This document shows, piece after piece, positions 18,617-31,268 of a DNA stretch of 60,814 bases. The stretch is from an uncultured Clostridia bacterium. GTDB taxonomy: Bacteria; Bacillota; Clostridia; Oscillospirales; CAG-272. Under the pieces are notes generated by a model. The model was not told the DNA's origin and made no database searches. It worked only from the letters and a program-made list of their open reading frames with translations. The first letter of the stretch is position 1. Every line of letters begins with the position of its first letter. A program made the position numbers and the translations under genes. The DNA is taken from assembly GCA_944384585.1 (NCBI GenBank), contig CALWTY010000006.1, forward strand, positions 1-60,814. Reading direction: 5' to 3'.

Positions 18617-19888
18617 ATGGATATTCTGGTAATCGGCGGAGGCGGCCGTGAACACGCCATCATTAAAAAACTGAAGGGCTGCGACGGGGTCGATACTGTG
18701 TATGCTCTGCCGGGCAACGCCGGTATGGAGGGGGACGCGGTCTGCGTCCCGATCGGCGCGAAGGATCTTGACGGGATCGTCGCCTTTGCGCTGGAAAAGA
18801 AGATCGGATACGCAGTGGTCGCTCCCGATGATCCCCTTGTGCTGGGGGCGGTCGACCGCCTTTCCGATGCCGGCGTGAAGTGCTTCGGCCCGAATGCCGC
18901 CGCCGCGCAGATCGAGGGAAGCAAAATCTTTGCCAAGAATCTGATGAAGAAATACGGCATTCCGACGGCGGCCTATGAGACGTTTGACAACGAGGCGGAG
19001 GCGGAGGCCTATCTGAACACCGTCTCATATCCGGCGGTCATCAAGGCCGACGGGCTGGCGCTCGGCAAGGGCGTGACTATTGCCGCTTCGAAGGAAGAGG
19101 CGGTGTCGGCGCTCCGCTCGATGATGGAGGACAAGGTCTTCGGGGAGAGCGGCTCGCGCGTGGTCATCGAGGAGTTTCTGACAGGCCCTGAGGTATCGGT
19201 GCTGGCTTTTACCGACGGGAAAACCATTAAGCCGATGGTCTCCTCGATGGATCATAAAAGAGCCCATGACGGGGACGAAGGGCCGAATACCGGCGGAATG
19301 GGAACCGTCGCGCCGAATCCCTATTATACCGAAGAGATCGCGGAGCGCTGTATGCAGACCATCTTCCTGCCCACCGTGAAGGCGATGAACAGCGAGGGAC
19401 GGTGCTTTAAGGGTTGCCTTTATTTCGGGCTGATGCTTACCCCGGACGGCCCGAAGGTCATCGAGTACAACTGCCGCTTCGGTGATCCCGAGACCCAGGT
19501 GGTGCTGCCGCTGCTTAAGAGCGATCTCTTTGCGATCATGCGGGCCACCACCGACGGCACGCTCGACCGCACCGAGGTGCTGTTCTCGAAGGAGTCGGCC
19601 TGCTGCGTGATCGTTGCTTCCGAGGGTTATCCGAGGAAATATGAAAGCGGCTTTCCGCTGACCCTTCCCGCCGATACCGGGAGGGATTTCACCTTTGTCG
19701 CAGGCGCGAAGCGGAACGAGGCGGCAGAGCTGGTCAGCGCGGGGGGGCGTGTCGTCGGCGTGACGTCGGTCAGACCGACGCTGTCCGAGGCGATTGACGC
19801 CGCGTACCGAAGGACGGAACAGGTCGGTCTTGCAAACGGTTATTTCCGACGCGATATCGGAAAACGGGCGCTGGAAGCCAAAGAATAA
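18617..19888 (+). CDS. purD: Phosphoribosylamine-glycine ligase
   Basis: GGGGREHA, KADGLALGKGV, GPNTGGMG, RFGDPETQ. Confidence 0.97.
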   Translation: MDILVIGGGGREHAIIKKLKGCDGVDTVYALPGNAGMEGDAVCVPIGAKDLDGIVAFALEKKIGYAVVAPDDPLVLGAVDRLSDAGVKCFGPNAAAAQIEGSKIFAKNLMKKYGIPTAAYETFDNEAEAEAYLNTVSYPAVIKADGLALGKGVTIAASKEEAVSALRSMMEDKVFGESGSRVVIEEFLTGPEVSVLAFTDGKTIKPMVSSMDHKRAHDGDEGPNTGGMGTVAPNPYYTEEIAERCMQTIFLPTVKAMNSEGRCFKGCLYFGLMLTPDGPKVIEYNCRFGDPETQVVLPLLKSDLFAIMRATTDGTLDRTEVLFSKESACCVIVASEGYPRKYESGFPLTLPADTGRDFTFVAGAKRNEAAELVSAGGRVVGVTSVRPTLSEAIDAAYRRTEQVGLANGYFRRDIGKRALEAKE

Positions 19889-19906
19889 ACGATACGGAGA
19901 GAGTTC

Positions 19907-22900
19907 ATGGTCTACAGATTATATGTTGAGAAAAAGCCGGGGCTGGACAACGAGGCCGCGGCGCTGGCGGAGGATATCCGCTCCTTCCTCGGAATCGGAT
20001 CGCTGACAAAGCTGCGCCTCTTCAACCGCTACGATGTGGAGAATATTTCGGAGGAGCTGCTACTTTCCTGCCGCGATACCGTTTTTTCCGAGCCGCAGCT
20101 TGATACCGTGACGGAATCGCTTCCGGAGGAGGAGGCGGCGGTGATCGCCGTCGAATATCTGCCGGGTCAGTTCGACGCCAGAGCCGATTCCGCGGCACAG
20201 TGCATCCAGATCATCTCCAAGGCGGACCGCCCGGAGGTCAGAACCGCCAGGATCTATCTCCTGTACGGCGCGCTGACCGCCGAGGAGATCGACGCCGTCA
20301 GAAAATATGTCATCAACCCCGTCGAGAGCCGCGAGGCATCCCTTGCGCTGCCTGCCACCCTCAAGGCTGAGTACGCCGTTCCGACCGAGGTGCAGACCCT
20401 GACCGGCTTCACCTCCCTTGACGACCGGCAGCTTGCCGATTTCGTCGCGGAAAAAGGGCTGGCAATGGATCTTGACGATATCCGCTTCTGCCGTGATTAT
20501 TTCAGAACCGAGCGGCGCGACCCCACCATTACCGAGATCCGCATGATCGATACCTATTGGTCGGATCACTGCCGTCATACCACCTTTCTCACGACCATTG
20601 ACCGTGTCTGCTTTGATGATCCGATGATCGAGAAGGCCTATCTCGATTATCTGTCGGTGCGGCGGGAGCTTGGCAGGACAAAGCCGGTCAACCTGATGGA
20701 CGTGGCGACGCTGGCGGTGCGCTGGCTGAAGAAGAACGGGAAGCTCGATCGCCTCGACGAGTCGGAGGAGATCAACGCCTGCACCGTCAGGATCACCGTG
20801 ACGGTCGACGGCAAGGAAGAGCCGTGGCTGCTTCTCTTCAAGAACGAGACCCATAATCACCCTACTGAGATCGAGCCGTTCGGCGGCGCCGCCACCTGTA
20901 TCGGCGGCGCGATCCGCGATCCCTTGTCCGGACGTGCCTATGTCTACGGCGCGATGCGTCTGACCGGCGCCGCCGATCCGCTGACGCCGGTCGAAAAGAC
21001 CCTCCCCGGCAAGCTGCCGCAGAGGAAGATCGTGACCACCGCTGCCGCCGGCTATTCCTCCTACGGAAACCAGATCGGTCTTGCGACGGGACAGGTGGAC
21101 GAGCTGTATCATGAAGGCTACGCCGCCAAGCGGATGGAGATCGGCGCAGTTATCGCCGCCGCTCCCGCCGAAAATGTGCGTCGGGAGCGCCCCGCGCCGG
21201 GAGACGCCGTCATTCTGCTCGGCGGACGGACGGGTCGTGACGGCTGCGGCGGCGCGACAGGCTCCTCGAAATCCCATAATCTCCGGTCCCTCGAAAGCTG
21301 TGGCGCGGAGGTGCAGAAGGGCAACGCGCCGGTCGAGCGCAAGCTCCAGCGCCTTTTCCGCGATCCCGAAGCCTCCCGCCTGATCAAGCGCTGCAATGAT
21401 TTCGGCGCGGGCGGTGTTTCGGTGGCGATCGGAGAGCTTGCCGACGGACTTTTCATCGATCTCAATACCGTCCCCAAAAAATACGAGGGGCTTGACGGCA
21501 CCGAGCTTGCCATCAGCGAATCGCAGGAGAGAATGGCGGTCGTGGTGGACGCGAAGGATGTCTCACGCTTCCTTGAGCTTGCCGATCGGGAGAACCTTGA
21601 GGCGACCGTGGTGGCGGAGGTCACCGCCGCTCCCCGCCTTGTGATGGAATGGAACGGCAAGCGTATTGTCGATCTGTCGCGGGAATTTCTCAACTCCAAC
21701 GGCGCGGAAAAGCATATTGAGATTGCCGTCGCCGCCCCGCAGGATTATCGGAAGGAGATCCCCTCCGATTTTGCCGACGGAATGAGGGCGCTGGCCTCCG
21801 ATCTCAACGTCTGCTCCAAGCGCGGGCTTTCGGAGCGCTTCGATTCGACCATCGGCGCGGGCACGGTCATGATGCCCTTCGGCGGAAAGCATCAGCTGAC
21901 CCCGTCGCAGGCCATGGTCACCCTGATCTCGGTCGAACAGGGGCATACTGACGACTGTTCGCTGATGGCATGGGGCTTCAACCCTTACATTTCCGAAAAG
22001 AGCCCCTATCACGGCGCGTATCTGGCCGTGGTGGAGTCGGTCTCCAGGCTGATCGCCGCCGGCGCTTCCTTCTCGGAGGTCTATCTGACCTTCCAGGAGT
22101 ATTTTGAAAAGCCGATGAAGGATCCCGGGCGCTGGGGCAAGCCGCTTGCCGCTCTGCTCGGCGCGTTCGAGGCGCAGAAGGAGCTCGGCATCGGTGCGAT
22201 CGGCGGAAAGGACTCCATGAGCGGCAGCTTCGAGAAGCTCGATGTGCCGCCGACGCTGGTTTCCTTTGCCGTGACCACCGCTGTCACCGACGATATCCGG
22301 TCAAACTGCTTCCAGAAAGCGGGAAGCACCGTCTGGTTGCTGACCCCCGCCCTTGATGAGCGCGGGCTGCCCGATCCGGAATCGCTGATCTCGCTCTTCC
22401 GACAGGTCAGGAAACTTTCGGAGGAGGGCGCGGTGCTGTCTGCCTACACCCCCGGCTACGGCGGTGTGGCGGAGGCGGTCATGAAGATGTGCTTCGGGGA
22501 GGGACTGTCCTTCACCTTCGACGAGTCGATCCGGGCGGAGGAACTGTTTGGCTATTGCTACGGCAGCTTCCTGCTGGAGCTGCGGGACGGCTTCTCTGCG
22601 GGACGACGGCTCGGACGGGTGGAAAACGACGGGCTTCTCCGCTTCGGGGACTCCGTCATCTCCTTTGACGAGCTGCTTCCGCTCTATGAAAATAAGCTCG
22701 AGCCGGTCTTCCCCTGCAATATCCCGACGCAGGCGGAAAAGCCGCCGCGCTATACCTATACCGGAGGGCGCAAAGCCTACTGCTCGCAGACCTTTGCCAA
22801 GCCCCGCGTGCTGATCCCGGTCTTCCCGGGCACCAACTGCGAATACGATTCCGCCAAGGTCTTTGCCGACGCGGGCGCCGTTCCGGAAATTTTCGTGATC

Positions 22901-23599
22901 AATAACCTCACCTCCGGTGGGATCACCGAATCGGTCTCTGCTTTTGCCGAAAAGACGGCTGCCTCCCAGATCGTCTTTATCCCCGGCGGTTTTTCGGGCG
23001 GAGACGAGCCCGACGGCTCCGGCAAGTTCATCACCGCCTTCTTCCGCAATCGCGAGGTGAAGAACGCCGTGACCGAGCTGCTCGATTCCCGCATGGGTCT
23101 GATGGCGGGGATCTGCAACGGCTTCCAGGCGCTGATCAAGCTGGGGCTTGTTCCCTACGGTCGGATCATCGATCCCGATGAAAGCTGCCCGACCCTCACC
23201 TACAATACCATCGGACGGCATCAGTCAAGGCTGGTCCGCACCCGCATCGCCTCCAATCTTTCCCCGTGGCTGTCGGAGGTGGAGCCCGGCGACATCATCA
23301 CCGTTCCGATCTCCCACGGAGAGGGGCGCTTCATCGCGCCGGACGGCATGATCGCGGCGCTTGCGGAGGCGGGACAGATCGCCACGCAGTATGTCGATCT
23401 CGACGGGGAGCCGACCTATGACATCCGCTTCAACCCGAACGGCTCTTTCGACGCGGTGGAGGGAATCACCAGCCCGGACGGCCGGGTATTCGGAAAGATG
23501 GGACATTCCGAGCGCATCGGACGCGGACTTTACCGCAACGTGGCGGGGAATTTCGAAATCGGAATGTTCCGCAGCGCAGTCAGATATTTCAGTCTCTGA
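19907..23599 (+). CDS. purL: Large single-chain FGAM synthase
   Basis: WSDHCRH, ETHNHPT, DFGAGG, GICNGFQ, KMGHSER. Confidence 0.97.
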   Translation: MVYRLYVEKKPGLDNEAAALAEDIRSFLGIGSLTKLRLFNRYDVENISEELLLSCRDTVFSEPQLDTVTESLPEEEAAVIAVEYLPGQFDARADSAAQCIQIISKADRPEVRTARIYLLYGALTAEEIDAVRKYVINPVESREASLALPATLKAEYAVPTEVQTLTGFTSLDDRQLADFVAEKGLAMDLDDIRFCRDYFRTERRDPTITEIRMIDTYWSDHCRHTTFLTTIDRVCFDDPMIEKAYLDYLSVRRELGRTKPVNLMDVATLAVRWLKKNGKLDRLDESEEINACTVRITVTVDGKEEPWLLLFKNETHNHPTEIEPFGGAATCIGGAIRDPLSGRAYVYGAMRLTGAADPLTPVEKTLPGKLPQRKIVTTAAAGYSSYGNQIGLATGQVDELYHEGYAAKRMEIGAVIAAAPAENVRRERPAPGDAVILLGGRTGRDGCGGATGSSKSHNLRSLESCGAEVQKGNAPVERKLQRLFRDPEASRLIKRCNDFGAGGVSVAIGELADGLFIDLNTVPKKYEGLDGTELAISESQERMAVVVDAKDVSRFLELADRENLEATVVAEVTAAPRLVMEWNGKRIVDLSREFLNSNGAEKHIEIAVAAPQDYRKEIPSDFADGMRALASDLNVCSKRGLSERFDSTIGAGTVMMPFGGKHQLTPSQAMVTLISVEQGHTDDCSLMAWGFNPYISEKSPYHGAYLAVVESVSRLIAAGASFSEVYLTFQEYFEKPMKDPGRWGKPLAALLGAFEAQKELGIGAIGGKDSMSGSFEKLDVPPTLVSFAVTTAVTDDIRSNCFQKAGSTVWLLTPALDERGLPDPESLISLFRQVRKLSEEGAVLSAYTPGYGGVAEAVMKMCFGEGLSFTFDESIRAEELFGYCYGSFLLELRDGFSAGRRLGRVENDGLLRFGDSVISFDELLPLYENKLEPVFPCNIPTQAEKPPRYTYTGGRKAYCSQTFAKPRVLIPVFPGTNCEYDSAKVFADAGAVPEIFVINNLTSGGITESVSAFAEKTAASQIVFIPGGFSGGDEPDGSGKFITAFFRNREVKNAVTELLDSRMGLMAGICNGFQALIKLGLVPYGRIIDPDESCPTLTYNTIGRHQSRLVRTRIASNLSPWLSEVEPGDIITVPISHGEGRFIAPDGMIAALAEAGQIATQYVDLDGEPTYDIRFNPNGSFDAVEGITSPDGRVFGKMGHSERIGRGLYRNVAGNFEIGMFRSAVRYFSL

Positions 23600-23618
23600 A
23601 ACAGCAAGGGGGTATTCT

Positions 23619-25295
23619 ATGGCATACTTATCGGATATTGAGATCGCACAGTCGGTCACGCCGAAGCCGATTGCCGAGATCGCAAAGGCGCTGGGCATCG
23701 ATCCCGAAGGGATCGAGCCTTACGGAAAATATAAAGCGAAGCTCCCTCTGTCGCTCCTCGGCGGAGCGGGGAAGCGGGGCAAGCTGATCCTGGTCACCGC
23801 CATTACTCCGACGCCGGCGGGGGAGGGGAAGACCACCACTACGATCGGACTGGCCGACGGGCTGCGCCGTATCGGGAAGAAATCGGTCGTTGCTCTCCGC
23901 GAGCCCTCCCTCGGGCCTGTGTTCGGCGTGAAGGGCGGGGCAGCGGGCGGCGGCTACGCACAGGTCATCCCGATGGAAGATATCAATCTCCATTTTACGG
24001 GGGACTTCCATGCGATCTCGGCGGCGAACAACCTGCTGGCCGCTATGATCGATAATCACATCTATCAGGGCAATGCCTTCGGCCTCGATCCGCGGCGGAT
24101 TACCTGGCGCCGCTGCGTCGATATGAACGACAGGCAGCTTCGCTTCGTCGTCGACGGCCTCGGCGGACGGGTCAACGGCGTTCCGCGGGAGGACGGCTAC
24201 GATATTTCGGTCGCCTCCGAGATCATGGCGGTGCTTTGCCTGTCTCGATCGCTTGCCGATCTGAAGGAGCGCCTCCGCGCGATCATCGTCGGCTATACCT
24301 ATGACGAAAAGCCGGTCACGGCGGGCGATCTCAAGGCGGCGGGCGCGATGGCGGCGCTGCTCAAGGACGCAATCAAGCCGAATCTCGTGCAGACGCTGGA
24401 GGGAACGCCCGCCATCGTCCACGGCGGACCGTTTGCCAATATCGCCCACGGCTGCAATTCGATTCTTGCGACGGAGGCGGCGCTGAAATTCGGGGATTAC
24501 GCCGTTACCGAGGCCGGCTTCGGCGCGGATCTCGGCGCGGAGAAATTCTTCGATATCAAATGCCGCACCGCGGGGCTCGTTCCCGACGCGGTGGTGGTGG
24601 TGGCGACGGTGCGGGCGCTGAAGATGCACGGCGGTGCACTGAAGTCGGAGCTGGGGGAGGAAAACCTCGAAGCGCTGGAAAAGGGGCTTCCCAACCTGCT
24701 CCGTCACGTTTCCAATATCCAAAACGTCTATCATCTGCCGGCCGTGGTGGCGATCAACCGCTTCCCGACCGATACCGACCGGGAGCTGAAGCTCGTCAAG
24801 GATCGTTGCGACGCGCTCGGCGTCAACGCCGTTCTCTCCGATGTGTGGGGGAAGGGCGGAGAGGGCGGAATTGCGCTGGCGGAAGCCGTCGCTGCGCTCT
24901 GCGACACCGACGCCCCGCCCCCCTTCTCCTTCAGCTATCCCCTTGAGCTTGGGATCGCGGAGAAAATTGAGGCGGTCGTCCGCCGGGTTTACGGCGGTGA
25001 GGGGATCAATCTCCTGCTGGCGGCAGCCAAGCAGATCGAACGCCTGACCGGGCTCGGCTTCGACAGGCTTCCGGTCTGTATCGCCAAGACGCAGTATTCC
25101 TTCTCCGATGACATGACGCGGCTCGGCGCGCCGAGCGGCTTTACGGTTACCGTCAAGAATGTCCGTGTTTCGGCGGGTGCAGGCTTCCTTGTCGTTCTGA
25201 CGGGCGATATCATGACCATGCCGGGGCTGCCGAAGACGCCTGCCGCCGAGCGGATCGATATCGACGAAAACGGCAGGATCACCGGCCTGTTCTGA
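23619..25295 (+). CDS. fhs: Formate-tetrahydrofolate ligase
   Basis: [38 protein letters not shown]. Confidence 0.97.
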   Translation: MAYLSDIEIAQSVTPKPIAEIAKALGIDPEGIEPYGKYKAKLPLSLLGGAGKRGKLILVTAITPTPAGEGKTTTTIGLADGLRRIGKKSVVALREPSLGPVFGVKGGAAGGGYAQVIPMEDINLHFTGDFHAISAANNLLAAMIDNHIYQGNAFGLDPRRITWRRCVDMNDRQLRFVVDGLGGRVNGVPREDGYDISVASEIMAVLCLSRSLADLKERLRAIIVGYTYDEKPVTAGDLKAAGAMAALLKDAIKPNLVQTLEGTPAIVHGGPFANIAHGCNSILATEAALKFGDYAVTEAGFGADLGAEKFFDIKCRTAGLVPDAVVVVATVRALKMHGGALKSELGEENLEALEKGLPNLLRHVSNIQNVYHLPAVVAINRFPTDTDRELKLVKDRCDALGVNAVLSDVWGKGGEGGIALAEAVAALCDTDAPPPFSFSYPLELGIAEKIEAVVRRVYGGEGINLLLAAAKQIERLTGLGFDRLPVCIAKTQYSFSDDMTRLGAPSGFTVTVKNVRVSAGAGFLVVLTGDIMTMPGLPKTPAAERIDIDENGRITGLF

Positions 25296-25312
25296 TTCCG
25301 AAGGAGATCGAT

Positions 25313-26113
25313 ATGGAGAAGCTGTATCTTTGGGAAAAGGGAAAAACTCCGTATTTCCGGGAGGAGTACGGGCAGGAGGAGCCGAATCTTGCGCCCTTTT
25401 TGCTCAACAACGGCAAGAAGAACGGCTGCGTGATCGTATGCCCCGGCGGAGCATACTGCATGAAAGGGCTTCATGAGGGGGATCCTGTCAGCCGGCGGCT
25501 CAATACCCTCGGGGTAAGCGCCTTTACCCTGGAATATCGGATCGCCCCTTATCGCTACCCTGCCGTGACGGGAGATCTGCTGCGGGCGATCCGCTACCTC
25601 CGCTATCACGCCGATGCGCTGGGGATCGACCCCGAAAAGATCGCGGTCCTCGGATTTTCGGCAGGGGGACATCTTGCCGTCTCCTCGCTCTGTACCTTTG
25701 ACTACGGACGGGAGGACGGCGACGAGATCGACCGGGTCAGCGCAAGGCCGGACGCGGCGATCCTCTGCTATCCCGTCGTCACCCTCGGCCGCTATACCAA
25801 CCGTCCCTCGCGGGACAACCTGATCGGAGGACTGCCCGACGAGGAGGAGCTGGAGCGCCGTCTGTCAGGGGAGCTGGCGGTGCGGGAGGATACTCCGCCC
25901 TGCTTCCTCTGGCACACCCAGAACGATGCAGGCGTGCCGGTGTACAATTCGCTGCAGCTGTATCAGGCGCTTTGCGAGAAGAATATACCCTCGGAGCTGC
26001 ACGTCTTTCCCTTCGGTCCGCACGGCATGGGGCTGGCGGAGGAGGATAAAAGCGTGTCGCAATGGGTAGCGCTGCTCGGTAGATGGCTTGATTTGATGGG
26101 ATTTGTGAAATAA
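25313..26113 (+). CDS. Alpha/beta hydrolase (esterase-like)
   Basis: CPGGAY, GFSAGGHLA nucleophile elbow, D..V, HG.GL. Confidence 0.85.
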   Translation: MEKLYLWEKGKTPYFREEYGQEEPNLAPFLLNNGKKNGCVIVCPGGAYCMKGLHEGDPVSRRLNTLGVSAFTLEYRIAPYRYPAVTGDLLRAIRYLRYHADALGIDPEKIAVLGFSAGGHLAVSSLCTFDYGREDGDEIDRVSARPDAAILCYPVVTLGRYTNRPSRDNLIGGLPDEEELERRLSGELAVREDTPPCFLWHTQNDAGVPVYNSLQLYQALCEKNIPSELHVFPFGPHGMGLAEEDKSVSQWVALLGRWLDLMGFVK

Positions 26114-26139
26114 AATCCGAAAAAAACATGAAAAAGCTA

Positions 26140-26168
26140 TTGCATTATCGGAAAAAGTATGCTATAAT
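26140..26168 (+). promoter_or_regulatory. sigmaA promoter of the rimP operon
   Basis: TTGCAT-N17-TATAAT, extended -10, A-rich upstream region. Confidence 0.8.
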
Positions 26169-26188
26169 AGCAATAGAATAAGATTAGG

Positions 26189-26226
26189 AGTTTAAGAGTA
26201 GGTTCGTGCCTGCTCTTAAACTTTTG
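26189..26226 (+). promoter_or_regulatory. rimP-leader-like attenuator hairpin
   Basis: AGTTTAAGAGTAGG-TTCGTG-CCTGCTCTTAAACT-TTTG between the promoter and rimP. Confidence 0.65.
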
Positions 26227-26263
26227 TTCGGGACAATTTTCCCCGGGCGGAAAGGACGAGCGG

Positions 26264-26737
26264 ATGGCAAATTCTCATAAGAATATCGCCGAGACGGTGG
26301 CGGACGGAATCCGGGCCTGCGTCGAGGAACAGGGCTGCATCCTCTGGGACGTCGAGTATCTCAAGGAGGGCGCAAGGCAGATCCTCCGGGTCACGATCGA
26401 TCGGGAGGACGGGGTGGATATCGACCGCTGCGAAGCAGTCCACCGTGCGATCGATCCCCTTCTTGACGAGCTTGACCCGATTCCGGTTGCCTATTATCTC
26501 GAGGTCTCCTCGCCGGGGCTGGAGCGGGAGCTGCGGCTGCCCTTTCATTACGCCTATGCCGTCGGGAAGCGGGTGGATCTGAAATTCTATACTGCCCTTG
26601 ACGGAGCAAAGCAGCTGACGGGTGTTCTGTCCGACTGCAGCGAGGAGGGCGTAGTGGTGGACGGCAAGCGGATTCCCTTTGATAAAATCGCCAAAGCCAA
26701 TATCCATTTTGATTTTCAGGATGAAGAAAGAAACTGA
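26264..26737 (+). CDS. rimP: Ribosome maturation factor RimP
   Basis: YYLEVSSPGLER; synteny with nusA. Confidence 0.95.
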   Translation: MANSHKNIAETVADGIRACVEEQGCILWDVEYLKEGARQILRVTIDREDGVDIDRCEAVHRAIDPLLDELDPIPVAYYLEVSSPGLERELRLPFHYAYAVGKRVDLKFYTALDGAKQLTGVLSDCSEEGVVVDGKRIPFDKIAKANIHFDFQDEERN

Positions 26738-26760
26738 ATCGGAGGAAACGAAAAAATAAA

Positions 26761-27789
26761 ATGAATACCGAATTTTTTGAAGCACTCGATCTGCTGGAAA
26801 AGCAGAAGGGAATCCCCAAGGAATATATGATGGAAAGAGTGGAGGCGGCGCTTCTGAGCGCGTTCAAGCGCGATCAGGGCGGAACGGGGAACGTCAGAAT
26901 CCTGCTCGATCCCGTGAAGAAGGACGTGAAGATGTTCCGTCAGTATGACATTGTCGAGGAGGTCGAGGATCCTGAGACTCAGATCACGCTGGAGGACGCA
27001 CGGAAGCTCAACAAGCATTATAAGCTCGGCGGCGTGGCGGAGGAGGAGCTGAAGATGAAGAACTTCAGACGCCTCAGCGCGCAGACCGCCAAGCAGGTCA
27101 TCATTCAGGGGATCCGGGAAGCGGAGCGCGGTATGATGATCAAGGAATATGAGGAAAAGAAGGAAGAGATCATCACCGCCACCGTCATGCGGACCGATGA
27201 GCTGACGGGGAATGTCACCGTCGATACCGGAACCAGTATCGCAACGTTGCTGAAGAACGAACAGATTCCCGGTGAGCACTTCCGTGATAACGATAAGATC
27301 AAGGTTTTCGTCACGGAAGTCAAAAAGGAGACCAAGGGTCCCCTCGTCACCCTGTCCAGGACCCATCCCGGGCTGGTGAAGCGCCTCTTTGAGCTTGAAA
27401 TTCCCGAGATCCGGGATGAGACCGTCGTGATCAAGGCGGTGACCAGAGAGGCCGGCTCCCGAAGCAAGGTGGCGGTGGCCTCCGTCGACGAGAGCGTCGA
27501 TCCCGTCGGCGCCTGCATCGGGGCGCGCAGTATGCGCATCGGCAATATTCTGAAGGAGCTCGGAGGGGAGAAGATCGATATCATCAAATACAGCGATGTG
27601 CCGGAGGAATATATCAGCGCCGCACTCTCTCCCGCCAAAATCAGGGAGGTTGTGATCGAAGAGGACCGTATCTGCCGCGTCTTCGTCGACGCAGACCAGC
27701 TTTCCCTTGCGATCGGGAAGGAAGGGCAGAATGCCCGCCTCGCCGCAAGGCTGACCGGCTATAAGATCGATATCAAGGTAAGCCCGTAA
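26761..27789 (+). CDS. nusA: Transcription factor NusA
   Basis: AQTAKQVI, REAGSRSK, AIGKEGQNARLA. Confidence 0.97.
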   Translation: MNTEFFEALDLLEKQKGIPKEYMMERVEAALLSAFKRDQGGTGNVRILLDPVKKDVKMFRQYDIVEEVEDPETQITLEDARKLNKHYKLGGVAEEELKMKNFRRLSAQTAKQVIIQGIREAERGMMIKEYEEKKEEIITATVMRTDELTGNVTVDTGTSIATLLKNEQIPGEHFRDNDKIKVFVTEVKKETKGPLVTLSRTHPGLVKRLFELEIPEIRDETVVIKAVTREAGSRSKVAVASVDESVDPVGACIGARSMRIGNILKELGGEKIDIIKYSDVPEEYISAALSPAKIREVVIEEDRICRVFVDADQLSLAIGKEGQNARLAARLTGYKIDIKVSP

Positions 27790-27802
27790 GGAGTGAGACC
27801 GG

Positions 27803-28081
27803 ATGGCGGAAAAAAAGATACCGGAGCGCCGATGCGTCGGCTGCGGGGTCTCCTTTCCGAAGAAAACGCTGATCCGTGTGGTCAGACTTCCGGAGGGGAG
27901 CGTCGAGCTGGATTTCACCGGGAAAAAGCCGGGCAGAGGCGCATACCTATGTAAAAATACCGAATGTCTGAAAAAGGCAAGAAAGGCAAAGAGGCTGGAG
28001 CGCAATCTTGAGGTCGACATCCCCGGAACGGTCTACGACGCGCTGGAAGCCGGGCTTCGTAACGATGTCGGAACAATATAA
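27803..28081 (+). CDS. ylxR: YlxR/RnpM family RNA-binding protein
   Basis: PERRCVGC, GRGAYLC. Confidence 0.9.
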   Translation: MAEKKIPERRCVGCGVSFPKKTLIRVVRLPEGSVELDFTGKKPGRGAYLCKNTECLKKARKAKRLERNLEVDIPGTVYDALEAGLRNDVGTI

Positions 28082-28499
28082 TCAAAACGGCCCGACATCC
28101 CCTGCTGAGGAGGAGGCCGTGAAAAACAAGAAGCTGCTTTCAATGCTCGGCTTTGCCATGAGGGCGGGAAGGCTCAGCTGCGGAACGGATAAGGTCTGCG
28201 ACGAGATCCGTCGGCACGGCCGTCCGAACGAGCAGGGCATGGAACAAGCAAAAAAGCCCGTCGGGATCGTCATCATCGCGCAGGACGCCTCCGCAAACAC
28301 CAGAAAACGGGTCGTCAACGCCTGTCACTATTACCGCGTCGGCTGTTTGGAAAGCACCGTATCCTCCGAGGAACTCGGAGATCGGATCGGAAAAAGCTCG
28401 CTGACAGCGGTATGCGCGACATTCGATCGGAGTTTTGTCGACGGAATTCTGAAGGCCGTCGGGAGCCCGATGCGGAACAGACCGAAGAGGTCTGAATGA
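28065..28499 (+). CDS. L7Ae/YlxQ family RNA-binding protein (start may be GTG28119)
   Basis: [25 protein letters not shown]; synteny. Confidence 0.8.
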   Translation: MSEQYNQNGPTSPAEEEAVKNKKLLSMLGFAMRAGRLSCGTDKVCDEIRRHGRPNEQGMEQAKKPVGIVIIAQDASANTRKRVVNACHYYRVGCLESTVSSEELGDRIGKSSLTAVCATFDRSFVDGILKAVGSPMRNRPKRSE

Positions 28500-28521
28500 T
28501 CGTGAAAGGATTGGTTACAGA

Positions 28522-31146
28522 ATGATCAACAATCAAAAATATAAAATCAGTACCCTGGCCAAAGATCTGAATATGAAGAACAAGGATCTTCTGGATCTCT
28601 TCACAAGCCTCGGCATAGCAAACAGAAAATATTCCTCCGTGGTGGAGGCCGAGGAATTCAACGTGGTGTTGGAGGCCCTCACCGCGGCAAAGCAGGTCGA
28701 GAATTTTGATGATTATATGAGCGGCAAAGCCGCCATTGAAAGAAAAAAGGAAGAGATTCCCGTCAAGCCGCAGCCGGAGGAAGCCAAGCCCGCGCCGGAA
28801 GCCGCAGAGGAAAAGCGGCAGATCGCCGCGGAGCAGAAAAAGCCGGAAGCGCCGCAGCCCGCGCCCCGGAAGGATGGGGATCAGCACCCCTCCTCCCCCA
28901 CAGGAAAGCCGCAGGAGCAGAGAGAAAAACGGAAGGAGGGCGCGTCTGCCGCCGCATCGGATGCAGGCCGCAGAACGCCGGATAGCCGCGCCGCCTCCAA
29001 GTCCGCTTCCCGCTTTGACAAGAAGCCGGAGTTCAATCAGCAGAAGGATCGCAAAAACCGCGAGAAGGAGACGAGAAAGCAGGGACAGCCGCAGCAGCCC
29101 GCTTTCCGGATCGGGAGCGCGGCGGAGCAGACCGGCCCCGTGATCGTGTCGGGAGGAGACAGCCGTGTCGGCAAGACCAGAACCGTCGATACCCGCGTGA
29201 ACGACGTCGATCTGTCCAAATATGACGAAAAGCTTGAGACATTCGTTTCGACCGATTCCAAGCGCAATAACTATTCCCCCGAAAAGCAGAAGCTGAAAAA
29301 GCAGAACAATCAGCGCCCGCAGCGGCAGGGACGGAACGATCGGGATCGCCGTGCGATGGATCGCGCCAAGCAGCTCGAGCTGGAAAAGGCACGCAAGCAG
29401 CAGCTTGTCGTTTCGATTCCCGATGAGATCACCGTCGGGGAGCTTGCCTCCCGGCTGAAGGTCACGGTCTCCGAGGTCATCAAGAAGCTGATGCTGCTCG
29501 GCGTGATGGCCAACGTCAATCAGATCGTCGATTACGATACCGCCTATCTCATTGCCGACGAGCTGGGCGCGAAGGTCAACCATGAGGTCACCGTGTCGAT
29601 CGAGGATAAGCTCTTCGACGAGGCGGAGGACAGCGAGGACAGCCTCCTGCCCAGGGCGCCTGTCGTGGTGGTGATGGGGCATGTCGACCACGGCAAGACC
29701 TCCATCCTCGACGCGATCCGCCATGCCAACGTCACGGCAGGGGAAGCGGGCGGCATTACGCAGCACATCGGCGCCTATCGCGTGAATATCGACGGACAGC
29801 CGATCACGTTCCTTGATACTCCCGGCCATGAGGCCTTTACCGCCATGCGCGCAAGAGGCGCGCAGGCGACCGATATCGCGATCCTGGTGGTCGCCGCAGA
29901 CGACGGCATTATGCCGCAGACCGTCGAGGCGATCAATCACGCCAAGGCTGCCGGCCTTGATATCGTGGTCGCGATCAATAAGATGGATAAGCAGGGCGCA
30001 AATCCCGATACCGTCAAGCAGGAGCTGACCAAATACGATCTTGTTCCGGAGGAATGGGGCGGCGACGTCATCTGCGTGCCGGTCTCCGCGCTTCGGAAGC
30101 AGGGAATCGATAAGCTGCTGGAGAGCGTGCTGATCGTGGCGGAGATGAAGGAGCTGAAGGCCAATCCCAACCGCAGAGCGAAGGGAATTGTCATTGAGGC
30201 GAAGCTCGACAAGGGCAGAGGCCCTGTCGCAACGGTTCTGGTCCAGAACGGAACGCTCCGGAACGGCGATACCATCATCGCCGGCACCGCGGTCGGACGA
30301 GTGCGCGCTATGAAGGACGACACCGGCGCTGCCGTGCAGGAGGCCGGCCCGTCTGTTCCGGTCGAGATCATCGGTCTTTCGGATGTTCCGACCGCAGGCG
30401 ACGAATTCAATGCCGTCTCCGACGAGAGAATGGCAAGGGAACTTGCCGACAAGAGACGTCAGAAGCTGCGTGACGAGGAATTCAGCGCGAATGCGAAGGT
30501 CAGCCTCGACGATCTCTTTGCCCAGATTTCCGACGGCGCGAAGGAGCTGAATATTATCGTCAAAGCCGACGTCGTCGGCTCTGCGGAAGCGGTCAAGAGC
30601 TCGCTTCTGAAGCTCTCCAACAGCGATGTCAAGGTGAAGATCATCCACTCAGCCGTCGGCGGAATCAACGAGGGCGATGTGATGCTGGCCTCGGCCTCCA
30701 ACGCCATTATCGTCGGCTTCAATGTCCGTCCCGATAAGAACGCGCTGGATACCGCCGAGCGGCATAAGGTCGATATCCGTACCTACCGTATCATTTACCA
30801 GTGCATCGAGGAGATCACCGCCGCGATGAAGGGCATGCTGGCGCCCGTCTTCAAGGAAGAGCTTCTCGGTCATGCCGAGGTCAGACAGACCATCCGCGTC
30901 CCGAACGTCGGAACGATCGCAGGCTGTTATATCCTGGACGGAAAGGTCACGAGAAAGGGAATGCTCCGCGTACTGCGGGACAGCGTCGTGATCTTCGAGG
31001 ATAAGATCGCCTCCCTGCGCCGCTTCAAGGACGACGTGAAGGAGGTCGCGGAGGGCTACGAGTGCGGAATCGGGCTCGAGAAATTCAACGACATCAAGGA
31101 GGGTGACATCCTCGAAGTGTACGAAATGGTGGAACAGAAGGTCTGA
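28522..31146 (+). CDS. infB: Translation initiation factor IF-2
   Basis: [20 protein letters not shown]. Confidence 0.98.
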   Translation: MINNQKYKISTLAKDLNMKNKDLLDLFTSLGIANRKYSSVVEAEEFNVVLEALTAAKQVENFDDYMSGKAAIERKKEEIPVKPQPEEAKPAPEAAEEKRQIAAEQKKPEAPQPAPRKDGDQHPSSPTGKPQEQREKRKEGASAAASDAGRRTPDSRAASKSASRFDKKPEFNQQKDRKNREKETRKQGQPQQPAFRIGSAAEQTGPVIVSGGDSRVGKTRTVDTRVNDVDLSKYDEKLETFVSTDSKRNNYSPEKQKLKKQNNQRPQRQGRNDRDRRAMDRAKQLELEKARKQQLVVSIPDEITVGELASRLKVTVSEVIKKLMLLGVMANVNQIVDYDTAYLIADELGAKVNHEVTVSIEDKLFDEAEDSEDSLLPRAPVVVVMGHVDHGKTSILDAIRHANVTAGEAGGITQHIGAYRVNIDGQPITFLDTPGHEAFTAMRARGAQATDIAILVVAADDGIMPQTVEAINHAKAAGLDIVVAINKMDKQGANPDTVKQELTKYDLVPEEWGGDVICVPVSALRKQGIDKLLESVLIVAEMKELKANPNRRAKGIVIEAKLDKGRGPVATVLVQNGTLRNGDTIIAGTAVGRVRAMKDDTGAAVQEAGPSVPVEIIGLSDVPTAGDEFNAVSDERMARELADKRRQKLRDEEFSANAKVSLDDLFAQISDGAKELNIIVKADVVGSAEAVKSSLLKLSNSDVKVKIIHSAVGGINEGDVMLASASNAIIVGFNVRPDKNALDTAERHKVDIRTYRIIYQCIEEITAAMKGMLAPVFKEELLGHAEVRQTIRVPNVGTIAGCYILDGKVTRKGMLRVLRDSVVIFEDKIASLRRFKDDVKEVAEGYECGIGLEKFNDIKEGDILEVYEMVEQKV

Positions 31147-31158
31147 GCAGGGGAACAG

Positions 31159-31190
31159 GGGGAGACCGAGCGGTCGGCGCTCCCCTTCTT
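31159..31190 (+). terminator. Probable terminator after infB
   Basis: GGGGAGACCGA-GCGG-TCGGCGCTCCCC-TTCTT. Confidence 0.5.
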
Positions 31191-31268
31191 CCGCCGGCCC
31201 GGCCGAAGGATTATCCTGACGTAAGACGGCAGGAATCACGGCGGAATGCCGGAAAGAAAGGAGACCGA

